Program-made: the position numbers and the translations under genes
In this document: one piece after another, positions 9,081 to 17,104 of the stretch
Layout of the letters: each line of letters begins with the position of its first letter
Numbering within the stretch: position 1 is the stretch's first letter
Source of the DNA: Dickeya dadantii NCPPB 898
Lineage (GTDB): Bacteria; Pseudomonadota; Gammaproteobacteria; Enterobacterales; Enterobacteriaceae
DNA length: 32,000 nt
Direction of reading: 5' to 3'
NCBI RefSeq assembly: GCF_000406145.1
Contig: NZ_CM001976.1
Location: 193,186-225,185, forward strand
The notes under the pieces: generated by a model
The model's input: only the letters and a program-made list of their open reading frames with translations
Database searches by the model: none
What the model was told of the DNA's origin: nothing

Positions 9081-9536
9081 TTCGGATAGCCGCCCGCGCG
9101 CGCCAGGCTATCACGTCGCCCAGATCCATGCTGAACAGTTCAGAGGGCGGCCAGTTAAAAACAACGGCGATATCGGCGACCAGATCGTCTATCTGGTCGA
9201 ACTGCAAGACGGTTATGCTTCCTCCGTCGCCTCCGCGTTCGGCTCGCCAGGCTCCGCATGTACTAAAAAAGGCGTGATGGCCTCCGCCAGCCGCATGAAA
9301 TCGCGGGTATCCATCGCGTTGATCTCGGCCAGCTTCAATTTTGGCGAGGTGACGCGCGTTAACAGGGTGGTGATGGAATCCACGTCCATATTCAGGACGT
9401 TGACCAGCCGCAGGCCGCGCAGCGAGCCAGCCTGTTTGATGTCGTCGGTGATTGCCACCTGGCTGATGGTGCTGTCGCCACGCGCGATGGGTGTTGCCAG
9501 GGTAACGGTGTTGTCGTTCGGTGTGTTCATGGTCAC
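9049..9536 (-). CDS. E': gpE+E' fusion via programmed -1 frameshift
   Basis: The slippery heptamer T_TTT_TTA (plus strand 9264-9270) sits in the E frame. The -1 frame then reads ...ITVLQFDQIDDLVADIAVVFNWPPSELFSMDLGDVIAWRARAAIR... to TGA at 9051-9049, overlapping the start of T. Confidence 0.7.
9213..9536 (-). CDS. E: tail assembly chaperone gpE (likely start ATG 9530)
   Basis: About 105 aa between FII and T. GGAG lies about 9 nt upstream of ATG 9530. The layout and length are as in P2 gpE. Confidence 0.85.
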   Translation of the reverse strand: MTMNTPNDNTVTLATPIARGDSTISQVAITDDIKQAGSLRGLRLVNVLNMDVDSITTLLTRVTSPKLKLAEINAMDTRDFMRLAEAITPFLVHAEPGEPNAEATEEA

Positions 9537-9577
9537 AGGCTCCGGGCGGCTGGTGTGGCCGCCATTGTTAAGATTGT

Positions 9578-10093
9578 TCAGTTACCGAGTCCGAGCGCGG
9601 AGGTGATGCGATCCGGGTAGATGTTTTTGCCGTTTTTCTTGTAGATGAAATTCAGCAGGTCAATTTCCAGCACCGATTGATCGTCAATCGACAGCTTGTA
9701 ATAGGTGTTTTTCAGCGCATAGGTGACGGATGTGTCTTCGCCCTGCTTAGACTCGCCGCCGTCAATCTCGGTAATACGTCCGCGCATTTCCACCTCAACA
9801 AGCTGGCTGTCGCCGTCGGTGTAGTATTCCCCCGCAAAGCGCAGGCGAACGTCATCGATATCGCCGCCGTATTCCAGCAACAGCTTTTTCTCCATGCCGC
9901 CGACGACCATCTGCGCTTCCAGCGCGCCGGAGTCCATGCCGAGATCGACCGCCACCGAGCCAATCATGCCGGCGCCCTGAAAGTCTTCCGTTTTGCGGGT
10001 CAACTTTGGCAGCGTGACGGAGGTGACCTTGCCGATCTGGTTGTTGCCGTTCACAAAGCAGGTGAACAGGCGCAATTTATGCGGTACGGCCAT
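9578..10093 (-). CDS. FII: tail tube protein FII
   Basis: 171 aa. Its ATG immediately follows the FI stop (TAAATG). Size and position match P2 FII. Confidence 0.9.
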   Translation of the reverse strand: MAVPHKLRLFTCFVNGNNQIGKVTSVTLPKLTRKTEDFQGAGMIGSVAVDLGMDSGALEAQMVVGGMEKKLLLEYGGDIDDVRLRFAGEYYTDGDSQLVEVEMRGRITEIDGGESKQGEDTSVTYALKNTYYKLSIDDQSVLEIDLLNFIYKKNGKNIYPDRITSALGLGN

Positions 10094-11284
10094 TTACACA
10101 CCTCCCAGCGACGAGAACGCGGAATCAAAATAGTCATCGGTGAAGGTCTGGTATAAGGTCAGGTCTTCCAGCGGCGGTACCGGCGTGTACTTGTAACGCA
10201 CGCGCACCTGTCCCTGTCGTAGGCCGGTTGTGGGGTTGTCCTGAATATCGAACCAGCATTCCCCGCCGATCAGCCTGCCTGCGGTCACCAGCGCGCTCAG
10301 CTTGCCGTTGATGCCGTTCACCACGTCTTTCACGTTGGCCGGGGTAAGCGGTTCGTCAACGGCTTCAAACTGCGCTTCCGCGATACTGTCGGCGAGGATT
10401 TGCGCGGTACGGGTGTACACCTCAAACAGGTAATCATGGGTGTCGGTGGTGCGGTTGCCCCAGAACCGGAACCCGTTGCGCTTAATCAGCGTGGTGATCT
10501 CTTTATTGTTGAGTTCATTGGCGTCGCTGTCTTCGGCCTGAAGCGACCAGAACACATCACGCGAGATGCCCAGTACGTTATTTACCGCCACGTTCGACAG
10601 CGACTTATGCCAGCCCTGAGCGTTATCAATCGCCGCACGAAGGCCGCAGGCATACGCCGGCGCCGGGAAGGTTTCATTGCTGCCGGAGAGTGGGTTATAG
10701 GCGATGAAATCCGGCCAGATCACCATCAGCTCACGATAAGCAAATTGCGCACGGTAGGTGATGGCCTCCGCCATCGTGGTGCAGCCGTGACAACCGGCGT
10801 AGACAAACGCCCGCAGATTTTGCGCAATAACACACAGCGCTGACGTCACTTCGGCGGTGTCATAGTCCGGTACCGCCAGAATGCGCGGCCGGTAATTGAC
10901 CTTCGCCTCTGCCGTCAGCAAGGCATACATGCCGGTATAACTGCCGTCTGCCGCCGTCCCGCCGATGATCAGTTGGGACTGGGTTTTTTCGCCGCCTTCG
11001 ACTGCTGCCGCTACCCGCACTACGATCACTTTTGGGCTGGTCTGGTCAGCAATCGCTTTCAGCGTCTTGTAGAGCGAGCCGGTTTTACCCGCCTTGCCCA
11101 GCACGCTATTCACCCGTGTGATGAGCACCGGCGTATTCAGGGGAAAGGTGTCTGCATTCGCATCATCCGCCACGGCCACCACGCCAATCACACTGGAATC
11201 AATGTCATTGATTGCGGTTACCAGGTCGGTATTTTCACGAACACGCACACCGTGGAAACGTGTCTCGGACATGTTCGCCACCAT
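10094..11284 (-). CDS. FI: contractile tail sheath protein FI (probable start ATG 11272)
   Basis: MSETRFHGVRV...DADTFPLNTPVLITRV...KAGKTGSL...LKAIADQ matches the P2 FI N-terminus. Length is about 392-396 aa. Confidence 0.9.
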   Translation of the reverse strand: MVANMSETRFHGVRVRENTDLVTAINDIDSSVIGVVAVADDANADTFPLNTPVLITRVNSVLGKAGKTGSLYKTLKAIADQTSPKVIVVRVAAAVEGGEKTQSQLIIGGTAADGSYTGMYALLTAEAKVNYRPRILAVPDYDTAEVTSALCVIAQNLRAFVYAGCHGCTTMAEAITYRAQFAYRELMVIWPDFIAYNPLSGSNETFPAPAYACGLRAAIDNAQGWHKSLSNVAVNNVLGISRDVFWSLQAEDSDANELNNKEITTLIKRNGFRFWGNRTTDTHDYLFEVYTRTAQILADSIAEAQFEAVDEPLTPANVKDVVNGINGKLSALVTAGRLIGGECWFDIQDNPTTGLRQGQVRVRYKYTPVPPLEDLTLYQTFTDDYFDSAFSSLGGV

Positions 11285-11305
11285 TACGTTATTGAGTTCA
11301 TGGCG

Positions 11306-11363
11306 ATAATCCCCGATATCCGTCGCGCACTCACGCGCTGACGGGTCTGGCCGTCCGGCGACA
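11306..11363 (-). promoter_or_regulatory. candidate Ogr-dependent late promoter for FI (P_F-like)
   Basis: The minus strand reads TGTcgccggacggccAGA (11363-11346), then 34 nt, then GATTAT (11311-11306), about 25-35 nt upstream of the FI start. The dyad centre is therefore near -55. Confidence 0.45.
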
Positions 11364-11401
11364 ACAAAAAGCCATTTTTCCCCACGCGTGCGCGTGAAAT
11401 C

Positions 11402-12565
11402 ATGCGGCGAAAACAGGGGGAAACGATGGCTATCACCGAACTGACTGACACACTTATCAATGCTGCGAAACGCTACGATGACGCGCTGACCGAGGCGGTA
11501 AAAAGCCCGGCTTTCAGCATTACGCTGGGTGGGAAATCACTGAAGGAGCTGAGCGACCGGCTGATCTCGCTGTCGCTGACCGACAACCGGGGCTTTGAGG
11601 CCGACCAGCTCACGCTGTCGATAGACGACAGTGACGGACGGGTGGAACTGCCACCCCGCGGCGCCCAGATTGCGCTATCCATCGGCTGGCAGGGTGAGGC
11701 GCTGACTTACAAAGGGCTGTATACCGTGGATGAGATTTCCCACGAAGGCCCGCCCGATGTACTGGGCGTGACGGCCAGAAGTGCGGATTTCCGCGAAGAG
11801 TTCAACGTGAAACGGGAAGTCTCCTGGCATGACGTGACTGTAGAGCGCGTGGTGTCGGCAATCGCGCACCGTTACGGGATGAAGGCGCAAATCAGCGACA
11901 TGCTGATGAATATCGAAATCGACCACGCCGACCAGACCGAAGAGAGTGATATGTCATTCCTGACCCGTATGGCCGAGCAATTGGGGGCGATTGCCACCAT
12001 TAAAAACGGCACCTTGCTGTTTATCCTGCCCGGCGGTGGTGTGACGGCATCCGGCAAGGCGCTGCCGTCGGCCAGCCTCACCCGTAGTAGTGGTGATGGT
12101 CACCGTTTTCGCATCGCGGATCGGGATGCCTACACCGGTGTGCGCGCCTACTGGCTGGATCTGAAATTCGGTAAAAAGAAGAAGGTCAGCGTAAAGCGCC
12201 GCCGGACAAAGCCCAAACCGAAAAAGGAAAAGAGCAGCAGCCGTGAAGGCGATTACATCACCGGCGCGGAAGGTAACGTGTTCGTGCTGCGCAAAACCTA
12301 TCAGAATGAAGAGGTCGCCAAACGGGCCGCCGCGGCTAAATGGCGCCAGTTGCAACGCGGCGCCGCCGAGTTCTCGATCACCCTGGCGCGTGGCCGTGCT
12401 GAGCTGTATCCCGAAATGCACCTGACAGTAAGCGGCTTTAAACCGGATATCGACAATCAGGACTGGATTATCGCCCGGGCGGAACACGTTATTGATGGCA
12501 ACGGCTTTACCACCCGTCTGGAACTGGAAGCAAAAATCCCTGACTGGATAGCGGAAAGTGAATAA
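11402..12565 (+). CDS. D: late control / tail protein gpD (alternative start ATG 11426 with GGGGGA RBS)
   Basis: LISLSLTDNRGFEADQL, RSADFR, SWHD, FLTRLAE, the Lys-rich linker and WRQLQRGAAEFSITLARGRAE match P2 gpD. It is 387 aa. Confidence 0.9.
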   Translation: MRRKQGETMAITELTDTLINAAKRYDDALTEAVKSPAFSITLGGKSLKELSDRLISLSLTDNRGFEADQLTLSIDDSDGRVELPPRGAQIALSIGWQGEALTYKGLYTVDEISHEGPPDVLGVTARSADFREEFNVKREVSWHDVTVERVVSAIAHRYGMKAQISDMLMNIEIDHADQTEESDMSFLTRMAEQLGAIATIKNGTLLFILPGGGVTASGKALPSASLTRSSGDGHRFRIADRDAYTGVRAYWLDLKFGKKKKVSVKRRRTKPKPKKEKSSSREGDYITGAEGNVFVLRKTYQNEEVAKRAAAAKWRQLQRGAAEFSITLARGRAELYPEMHLTVSGFKPDIDNQDWIIARAEHVIDGNGFTTRLELEAKIPDWIAESE

Positions 12566-12601
12566 AATGGCAGCGAGTTCAACTCCCACAGGGGAGCCAT
12601 T

Positions 12602-12850
12602 ATGTTCAGATGTCCTTTCTGCGGAGCAATGGCCCGCACCCGTACCAGTCGCCGCCTGAGCGATATCACCATCCGGCAGTATCACCAGTGTCAGAACCTG
12701 GAATGCAGCGAGACGTTTACCACCCTCAACACGGTAGAACGGCGCGTGTCAAAGCGTACGCGGGAAGACCCGTTACCGCCTGACTTTATCCCGCAAGACG
12801 CCTTTCCGGCTTCGCATTACGGGCGAGATCAGTTGAATCTGGCGTTGTAA
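12602..12850 (+). CDS. ogr: Ogr-family zinc-finger late transcription activator
   Basis: MFRCPFCGAMARTRTSRRLSDITIRQYHQCQNLECSETFTT matches P2 Ogr (MFHCPLCQHAAHARTSRYITDTTKERYHQCQNVNCSATF), with C-X2-C...C-X4-C. Confidence 0.9.
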   Translation: MFRCPFCGAMARTRTSRRLSDITIRQYHQCQNLECSETFTTLNTVERRVSKRTREDPLPPDFIPQDAFPASHYGRDQLNLAL

Positions 12851-12854
12851 AACC

Positions 12855-12883
12855 AAAGCCCCGCAGGATGAGTGCGGGGCTTT
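12855..12883 (+). terminator. rho-independent terminator after ogr
   Basis: aaagccccgca-ggatgag-tgcggggcttt, an 11-bp perfect stem. GC content drops sharply immediately downstream. Confidence 0.7.
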
Positions 12884-13308
12884 GAAACAACAGGAAACTG
12901 GTAAAAGTGGCACAGAGAATTAGCCTCATACACCATTTAATGTAATGATTTGTTTTTTCTTTAATTTTTCCTGACATTGCGTAGTGCCAAACTACTCGTT
13001 GGAGTATGTGCCCCATTCAATCCCTTATCTCATACTTATCTTCTCTAAAATCGACTGGATTTAGCATTTTAAATGTGATATTCAAGGCGGCTTTTTATTT
13101 TTTGGAGAAAAGCCCGCATTTTTGCAGGTTTTTGGTGGATTGATACTGCTGTTTTGGATGTACTTTAGTGATCGTGCGTGGTTGTAAACCAACAAAATGT
13201 TTTTTTGATTTATCCCAGTTACTGGATAAATTTTTTGTAGTAGATTTAACTATGAGAACAGATTTCATTGACTCGGATCAACGGTGTTTCAGCTTGGAGA
13301 CTTGAAAA

Positions 13309-13794
13309 ATGGAAATGAAGGCAGTTAAGTCTGTACTTAGTTCCCATTGGGATGGTCGTCTGCCTGTCAGACCCGATATCATTGCCCATCGTATGGGAAT
13401 AGATGTAAATCCTTTGCCTGTAAGCTACTCAGGCTCGGAGCCATGTGGTATGGCTGAGATAACATGGGATGGTAGGATGGCAGTCTACTATAACAAGAGT
13501 GATTCTCATTCTCGAATAAGGTTCACGCTTGCTCATGAATTAGGGCATCACATACTGGGCCATACAAAATATCAGGCTAAATTCCGCGATTATCCTGGAA
13601 CGTTGAACAACACCGGTAATTCTCTTGACGAGCGAGAGGCTAATCGTTTTGCTGCTGAACTGCTAATGCCAGAAGAAGCTATTGATACTATGATTAATAA
13701 TGAAGGTATTCATTCAATTGACGCGCTTGCTAGCACGTTTGACGTATCTAGAGACGCAATGTATTGGCGGCTAAAAAACTTAAATTATGTTTAA
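13309..13794 (+). CDS. ImmA/IrrE-family (Peptidase_M78-like) zinc metalloprotease
   Basis: HEXXH motif in FTLAHELGHHILGH (HELGH at 13534-13548), plus the downstream EREANRFAAELLMP typical of the family. The gene is AT-rich and has no adjacent HTH partner ORF. Confidence 0.8.
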   Translation: MEMKAVKSVLSSHWDGRLPVRPDIIAHRMGIDVNPLPVSYSGSEPCGMAEITWDGRMAVYYNKSDSHSRIRFTLAHELGHHILGHTKYQAKFRDYPGTLNNTGNSLDEREANRFAAELLMPEEAIDTMINNEGIHSIDALASTFDVSRDAMYWRLKNLNYV

Positions 13795-13862
13795 GTTTGA
13801 ATTGTAAGTATCAATACTGATTCATTAATATAAAGCCACTTCTAATCTTTGGGTGGCTTATT

Positions 13863-14657
13863 ATGTCAAACAATAATTCCCATACTAATGGTTCCTCTGC
13901 TACACGTCAAAACACATCTGCACATCAGTCTGTAATTGAAAATGATCAGTCATTATCTTCCAGAAGTGAAAATCTACAGAGCCGAACACAAGAACAGTCT
14001 CAAGCAGTACAGCCCAATTCTTTTAATATAAACCCTGGTGTAGTAGCTCCAGATTCTTCTGGTGGTGCAACGAATCCAAAATTGCCTCTAAATGACTACG
14101 ATGGACCGATCTCTGATCAACATCTCAAGCACTCTTCTGATAATCATAAAGACAGACGAAAAATGCGCTGGGGATTGTTCAGTGTCGGCTTGTTAGCGAG
14201 CATTGGTTTTTTGGTGACTGGTGCGATAATGTCTTACCTAATCATTTCAAATATGCTTTCAACTAATGAATTTATTAGGGAAGGAGTTAATACAATAATT
14301 ACTAATACATCACCAGAAAAAACAAAAGAAATTATTCTCCAATTGGCTCCTAATCCACCTGAAAGCCTTGTTCATGCGCATGATGCTGCGAAAGAGGTGT
14401 TGATACAAACAAGGACACAACAACAAGATCTATTGGGTAAATTCTTGGAATCGACTAACTGGACTTCTATTAGCCCGATGATAACACTGGTGGCATTTAT
14501 TTTAGGTGTTGGCCTAACACTTGCTATCGCTTTACTGAGAGCATTATTTCGCGAAGATCAAGCAGAAAAAACAAATCCACTTTCAGATGTTGCATCACCT
14601 CTCAGTAAATTGATAGAAAATTTTATTGATTTAATTATGAGCAAATTTAGGAAGTGA
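13863..14657 (+). CDS. 2-TM membrane protein with about 100-aa polar low-complexity N-terminus, unknown function
   Basis: Two hydrophobic helices (WGLFSVGLLASIGFLVTGAIMSYLII and ISPMITLVAFILGVGLTLAIALL). The N-terminus is Q/S/N-rich. I recognise no family. Confidence 0.55.
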   Translation: MSNNNSHTNGSSATRQNTSAHQSVIENDQSLSSRSENLQSRTQEQSQAVQPNSFNINPGVVAPDSSGGATNPKLPLNDYDGPISDQHLKHSSDNHKDRRKMRWGLFSVGLLASIGFLVTGAIMSYLIISNMLSTNEFIREGVNTIITNTSPEKTKEIILQLAPNPPESLVHAHDAAKEVLIQTRTQQQDLLGKFLESTNWTSISPMITLVAFILGVGLTLAIALLRALFREDQAEKTNPLSDVASPLSKLIENFIDLIMSKFRK

Positions 14658-14761
14658 ATATGTTATGCCCACCAATGGTGGGCATCGTATCGATGTGGTC
14701 GATATGTGGACATTGTAAGAAATAAATCCTTTTATTTCATGTGGATGGTGTAATTATTTGT

Positions 14762-14808
14762 ACACCATCCCTGTCTTTCGCCCTCCTTGATGGAGGGCTT
14801 TTTTTTGG
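14762..14808 (+). terminator. rho-independent terminator within CpxQ/cpxP-3'UTR-like element, copy A
   Basis: acaccatccctgtctttc-gccctcc-ttgat-ggagggc-tttttttt. It aligns with 22327-22370. A weaker match to the element's 5' part reaches back to about 14726. Confidence 0.6.
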
Positions 14809-14881
14809 GGCGAGCTATAGGATTGTGTGACTATCCTGCCCTGATCGTAAGCCATCCGTTTTCTGCAGGATGGCGGATATC

Positions 14882-15370
14882 CTAATTTTTATGCCATTTT
14901 TGTGTGATGGGATTACTGATTTTGTTCTCTTCCAGGGAAAAGGTCCCATTCTGTTGCGCTATTGCCTCTCCCGTTTCAACGATCGCATTTTGTATAAAAT
15001 ACTTTTCTTTGTCGCCATTAATGAATGTGAGTTGATGAAATGCAGTCTTTTTCCCCCAGTCTTCTGAAGGCAATGAGATATATCTGATGGTATAGGTTTG
15101 ATCCTGAAAATTTCCCTGCATGACGTAAACGCCATAATGCTCTTCACCTTGCGATATTATTTTATAAATACCGTTGTCGTAATAGAATATTTCTGCATCG
15201 GGGAACGGTTTTTTCTCATAGAGTTTACGGTAGTGCAGTGTTTGCCTGTAGGTCGGTTTACCAAAGCCAACCTCAAGTTTTTTTTCATTATTATCCGTTG
15301 TTAATGAGCTTGCCTGACTGGGGATTATTGCCATAAGCCCCAGGAAGAGAAATGGAAAATTCATTTTCAT
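14882..15370 (-). CDS. secreted/periplasmic protein of unknown function
   Basis: Sec-type signal peptide MKMNFPFLFLGLMAIIPSQASS with no lipobox Cys. GGAG RBS. AT-rich. Confidence 0.6.
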   Translation of the reverse strand: MKMNFPFLFLGLMAIIPSQASSLTTDNNEKKLEVGFGKPTYRQTLHYRKLYEKKPFPDAEIFYYDNGIYKIISQGEEHYGVYVMQGNFQDQTYTIRYISLPSEDWGKKTAFHQLTFINGDKEKYFIQNAIVETGEAIAQQNGTFSLEENKISNPITQKWHKN

Positions 15371-15544
15371 GTCTTATCTCCTTCACCTTTCTTCATGTTG
15401 TGTCTGAAAAATAATAATAATCGCTGGCTTAGTTGCTATTTTCAGCCCGGTTATTTTCTGGGGGAGTGATATTTCTGTCATACCAATGATGTTACTAATC
15501 ATCATTCACTTTCCAGATCTCCATAGTTATAAAAAACTGAACGG

Positions 15545-15728
15545 GGTTTGTTGTGCTATCGCTGTTCCAACCCTCGCTGCGCGCGTTTTTGCTGGCCCGT
15601 CAGCATAATGTCCTCCACTGCCACAACGGGCTGAAATCGCTTGGAAAAGCGTGTATCGACAGGCGTGGCGGTATCTGTTCCATACCCTTGCATGGGTCCC
15701 TTTATCGCTAATTCTGATGAGACACGTT
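15545..15728 (+). pseudogene. decayed 3' stub of a gene I homologue upstream of H2
   Basis: Translations in shifted frames (QPSLRAFLLARQHNVLHCHNG, then GVAVSVPYPCMGP) align with gpI AKPVSRHLLGLNIVMDCAGN and GDALTVYPYFPET. The stub ends at the H2 ATG, as the real I/H junction does. Confidence 0.5.
15552..15609 (+). promoter_or_regulatory. Ogr-box-like late promoter (degenerate right half-site) for H2
   Basis: TGTgctatcgctgttCCA (15552-15569), then 34 nt, then CATAAT (15604-15609). Confidence 0.4.
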
Positions 15729-17006
15729 ATGAGCACAAAATATACCGCTCTGCTTACCCAGGTGGGGGCAGCCAGGCTGGCGAATGCGATTGCGCTGGGA
15801 AAACAGCTGGAAATTACCCAAATGGGGGTGGGAGACGCTGGTGGCACGCTGCCGACGCCGGATGCGGCACAGACCAAACTGATTAACGAAAAACGACGCG
15901 CGCCGCTCAATTCACTGAACATCGACCCGACCAACGCCAATCAGATTATTGCCGAGCAGGTGATTCCGGATCACGAAGGTGGATTCTGGCTGCGTGAAAT
16001 CGGTTTGTATGACGCCGATGACAATCTGGTGGCGGTGGCCAACTGCCCCGAAACCTATAAACCGCAGATGCAGGAAGGCTCCGGCCGCGTGCAGACGGTA
16101 CGCATGATTCTGGCGGTCGGTCAGACTGATGCGGTGTCGCTGAAAATCGACCCGGCGGTGGTGCTGGCTAGCCGGCAGTATGTGGATAACATGGCCCTGG
16201 CTAAAGCTAAAAATGGCGAGGATATTGCGGATAAAGCGCAGTTTATAGAGAATTTGGGCGTGAGGAGCTCATTCTCCGGTGTAATTGGCATGACGCGAAA
16301 TGCCACGATGAATATTCCCTCCGTTTCTTCTAATGCCAGATTTTTTGCCGATGAAATCATTGTTGGAACGTCTTTGGGAGGACGCCAGTATCGAATTGGT
16401 TTATTCGAAAAGACGATCGATCTGACAAAAACTGGCGTTGGGGGGATGGATACCGGAACGGTCCCTGATGAGGGTTTTGTCGGGATTTATGTCATTTATA
16501 ATCCGGCGACGATGGCGTCAGGCTTGCTCGCGGTTAACGCCACTTCGGTCAAGTTGGCGGAGATCTATAACGGAACCAATATGCCGGATGGATATACAGC
16601 ATCGGCATTATTGACGGTTGTGCCGGTCAAGGCGGGTAAGTTTATTCCATTATCTGTTCGAGAGCGGATCGTATCTACACCATCAAGGAAAATATATTCT
16701 ACTTTAAAAGGCTCAGTAGATTTTAATATTCCTATTAGTGCTATTGTTCCATTAAATACTAAATATTTAAGTGGACATGCTCGACAAGGTAGCACTGCTT
16801 CTGGGTCATTATCGATGACAATTTCTGGTAGTGAAAATGGTTTATCTGGGCAGCAGATGACAGCCTATATTATGGAAAATGGACTTATCTCGCAGAATTA
16901 TGCTGATATTGTAATCGTTAATGATGGCTATATTTCTATCGCCACAAGTAATGCAACGTTAGGAAATGCAACATTTGACGTTTATGTTTCTAGATACTCG
17001 ATATAA
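15729..17006 (+). CDS. tail fibre paralogue H2 (H1-type body, distinct tip)
   Basis: Starts MSTKYTALLTQVGAARLANA. It has the conserved gpH N-domain. The ORF-track extension back to 15651 runs through the gene I stub. Confidence 0.85.
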   Translation: MSTKYTALLTQVGAARLANAIALGKQLEITQMGVGDAGGTLPTPDAAQTKLINEKRRAPLNSLNIDPTNANQIIAEQVIPDHEGGFWLREIGLYDADDNLVAVANCPETYKPQMQEGSGRVQTVRMILAVGQTDAVSLKIDPAVVLASRQYVDNMALAKAKNGEDIADKAQFIENLGVRSSFSGVIGMTRNATMNIPSVSSNARFFADEIIVGTSLGGRQYRIGLFEKTIDLTKTGVGGMDTGTVPDEGFVGIYVIYNPATMASGLLAVNATSVKLAEIYNGTNMPDGYTASALLTVVPVKAGKFIPLSVRERIVSTPSRKIYSTLKGSVDFNIPISAIVPLNTKYLSGHARQGSTASGSLSMTISGSENGLSGQQMTAYIMENGLISQNYADIVIVNDGYISIATSNATLGNATFDVYVSRYSI

Positions 17007-17060
17007 TATATGATTGGAACGATTTTTCATAAAAATCCACTTGATTTTTAAATTACATAT

Positions 17061-17090
17061 TGGTCTCATTAATAACTGAGACCATTTTTT
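17061..17090 (+). terminator. rho-independent terminator after H2
   Basis: tggtctca-ttaataac-tgagacca-tttttt. Confidence 0.7.
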
Positions 17091-17104
17091 AGAGAATATA
17101 CCCG

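Noticed and set aside
6193-9606. Many long alternative-frame and antisense ORFs inside T and neighbouring genes. Examples are 6193-6759, 6964-7602, 7840-8277, 8283-8780, 8938-9606 and, further on, 11954-12685.
   Set aside because: They lie in high-GC sequence already fully explained by well-supported P2 tail genes. Their Arg/Pro/Ala-rich translations are typical of off-frame reading of GC-rich DNA.
11346-11425. Use of the FI-D intergenic dyad as a promoter for D as well.
   Set aside because: Read towards D, the dyad is TCT-N12-ACA. The best -10 candidate (TGAAAT, 11395-11400) sits at a 31-nt gap rather than 33-34 nt, and it would work only if D starts at 11426. The evidence is too weak for a feature call, so it is noted under the inversion finding.
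12786-13016. A 76-aa minus-strand ORF overlapping the ogr 3' end and terminator.
   Set aside because: It overlaps a well-supported gene and its terminator, shows no recognisable motif and lacks an RBS. It is probably spurious.
14660-14725. A 21-codon Cys-rich mini-ORF (MLCPPMVGIVSMWSICGHCKK) just after the 2-TM gene.
   Set aside because: It is largely made of a 9-bp perfect hairpin (atgcccacc/ggtgggcat) and has no RBS. It is more likely a structural or terminator element than a peptide gene.
15651-15728. N-terminal extensions given by the ORF track for H2 (15651), H3 (22504), H5 (25856) and H6 (28181).
   Set aside because: The extensions run through the decayed gene I stubs, terminators and the candidate promoters. 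For H5 the extension even overlaps the upstream chaperone. All paralogues align from an internal ATG (M-x-x-KY...LLT) that matches the H1 start and has a short purine-rich RBS.
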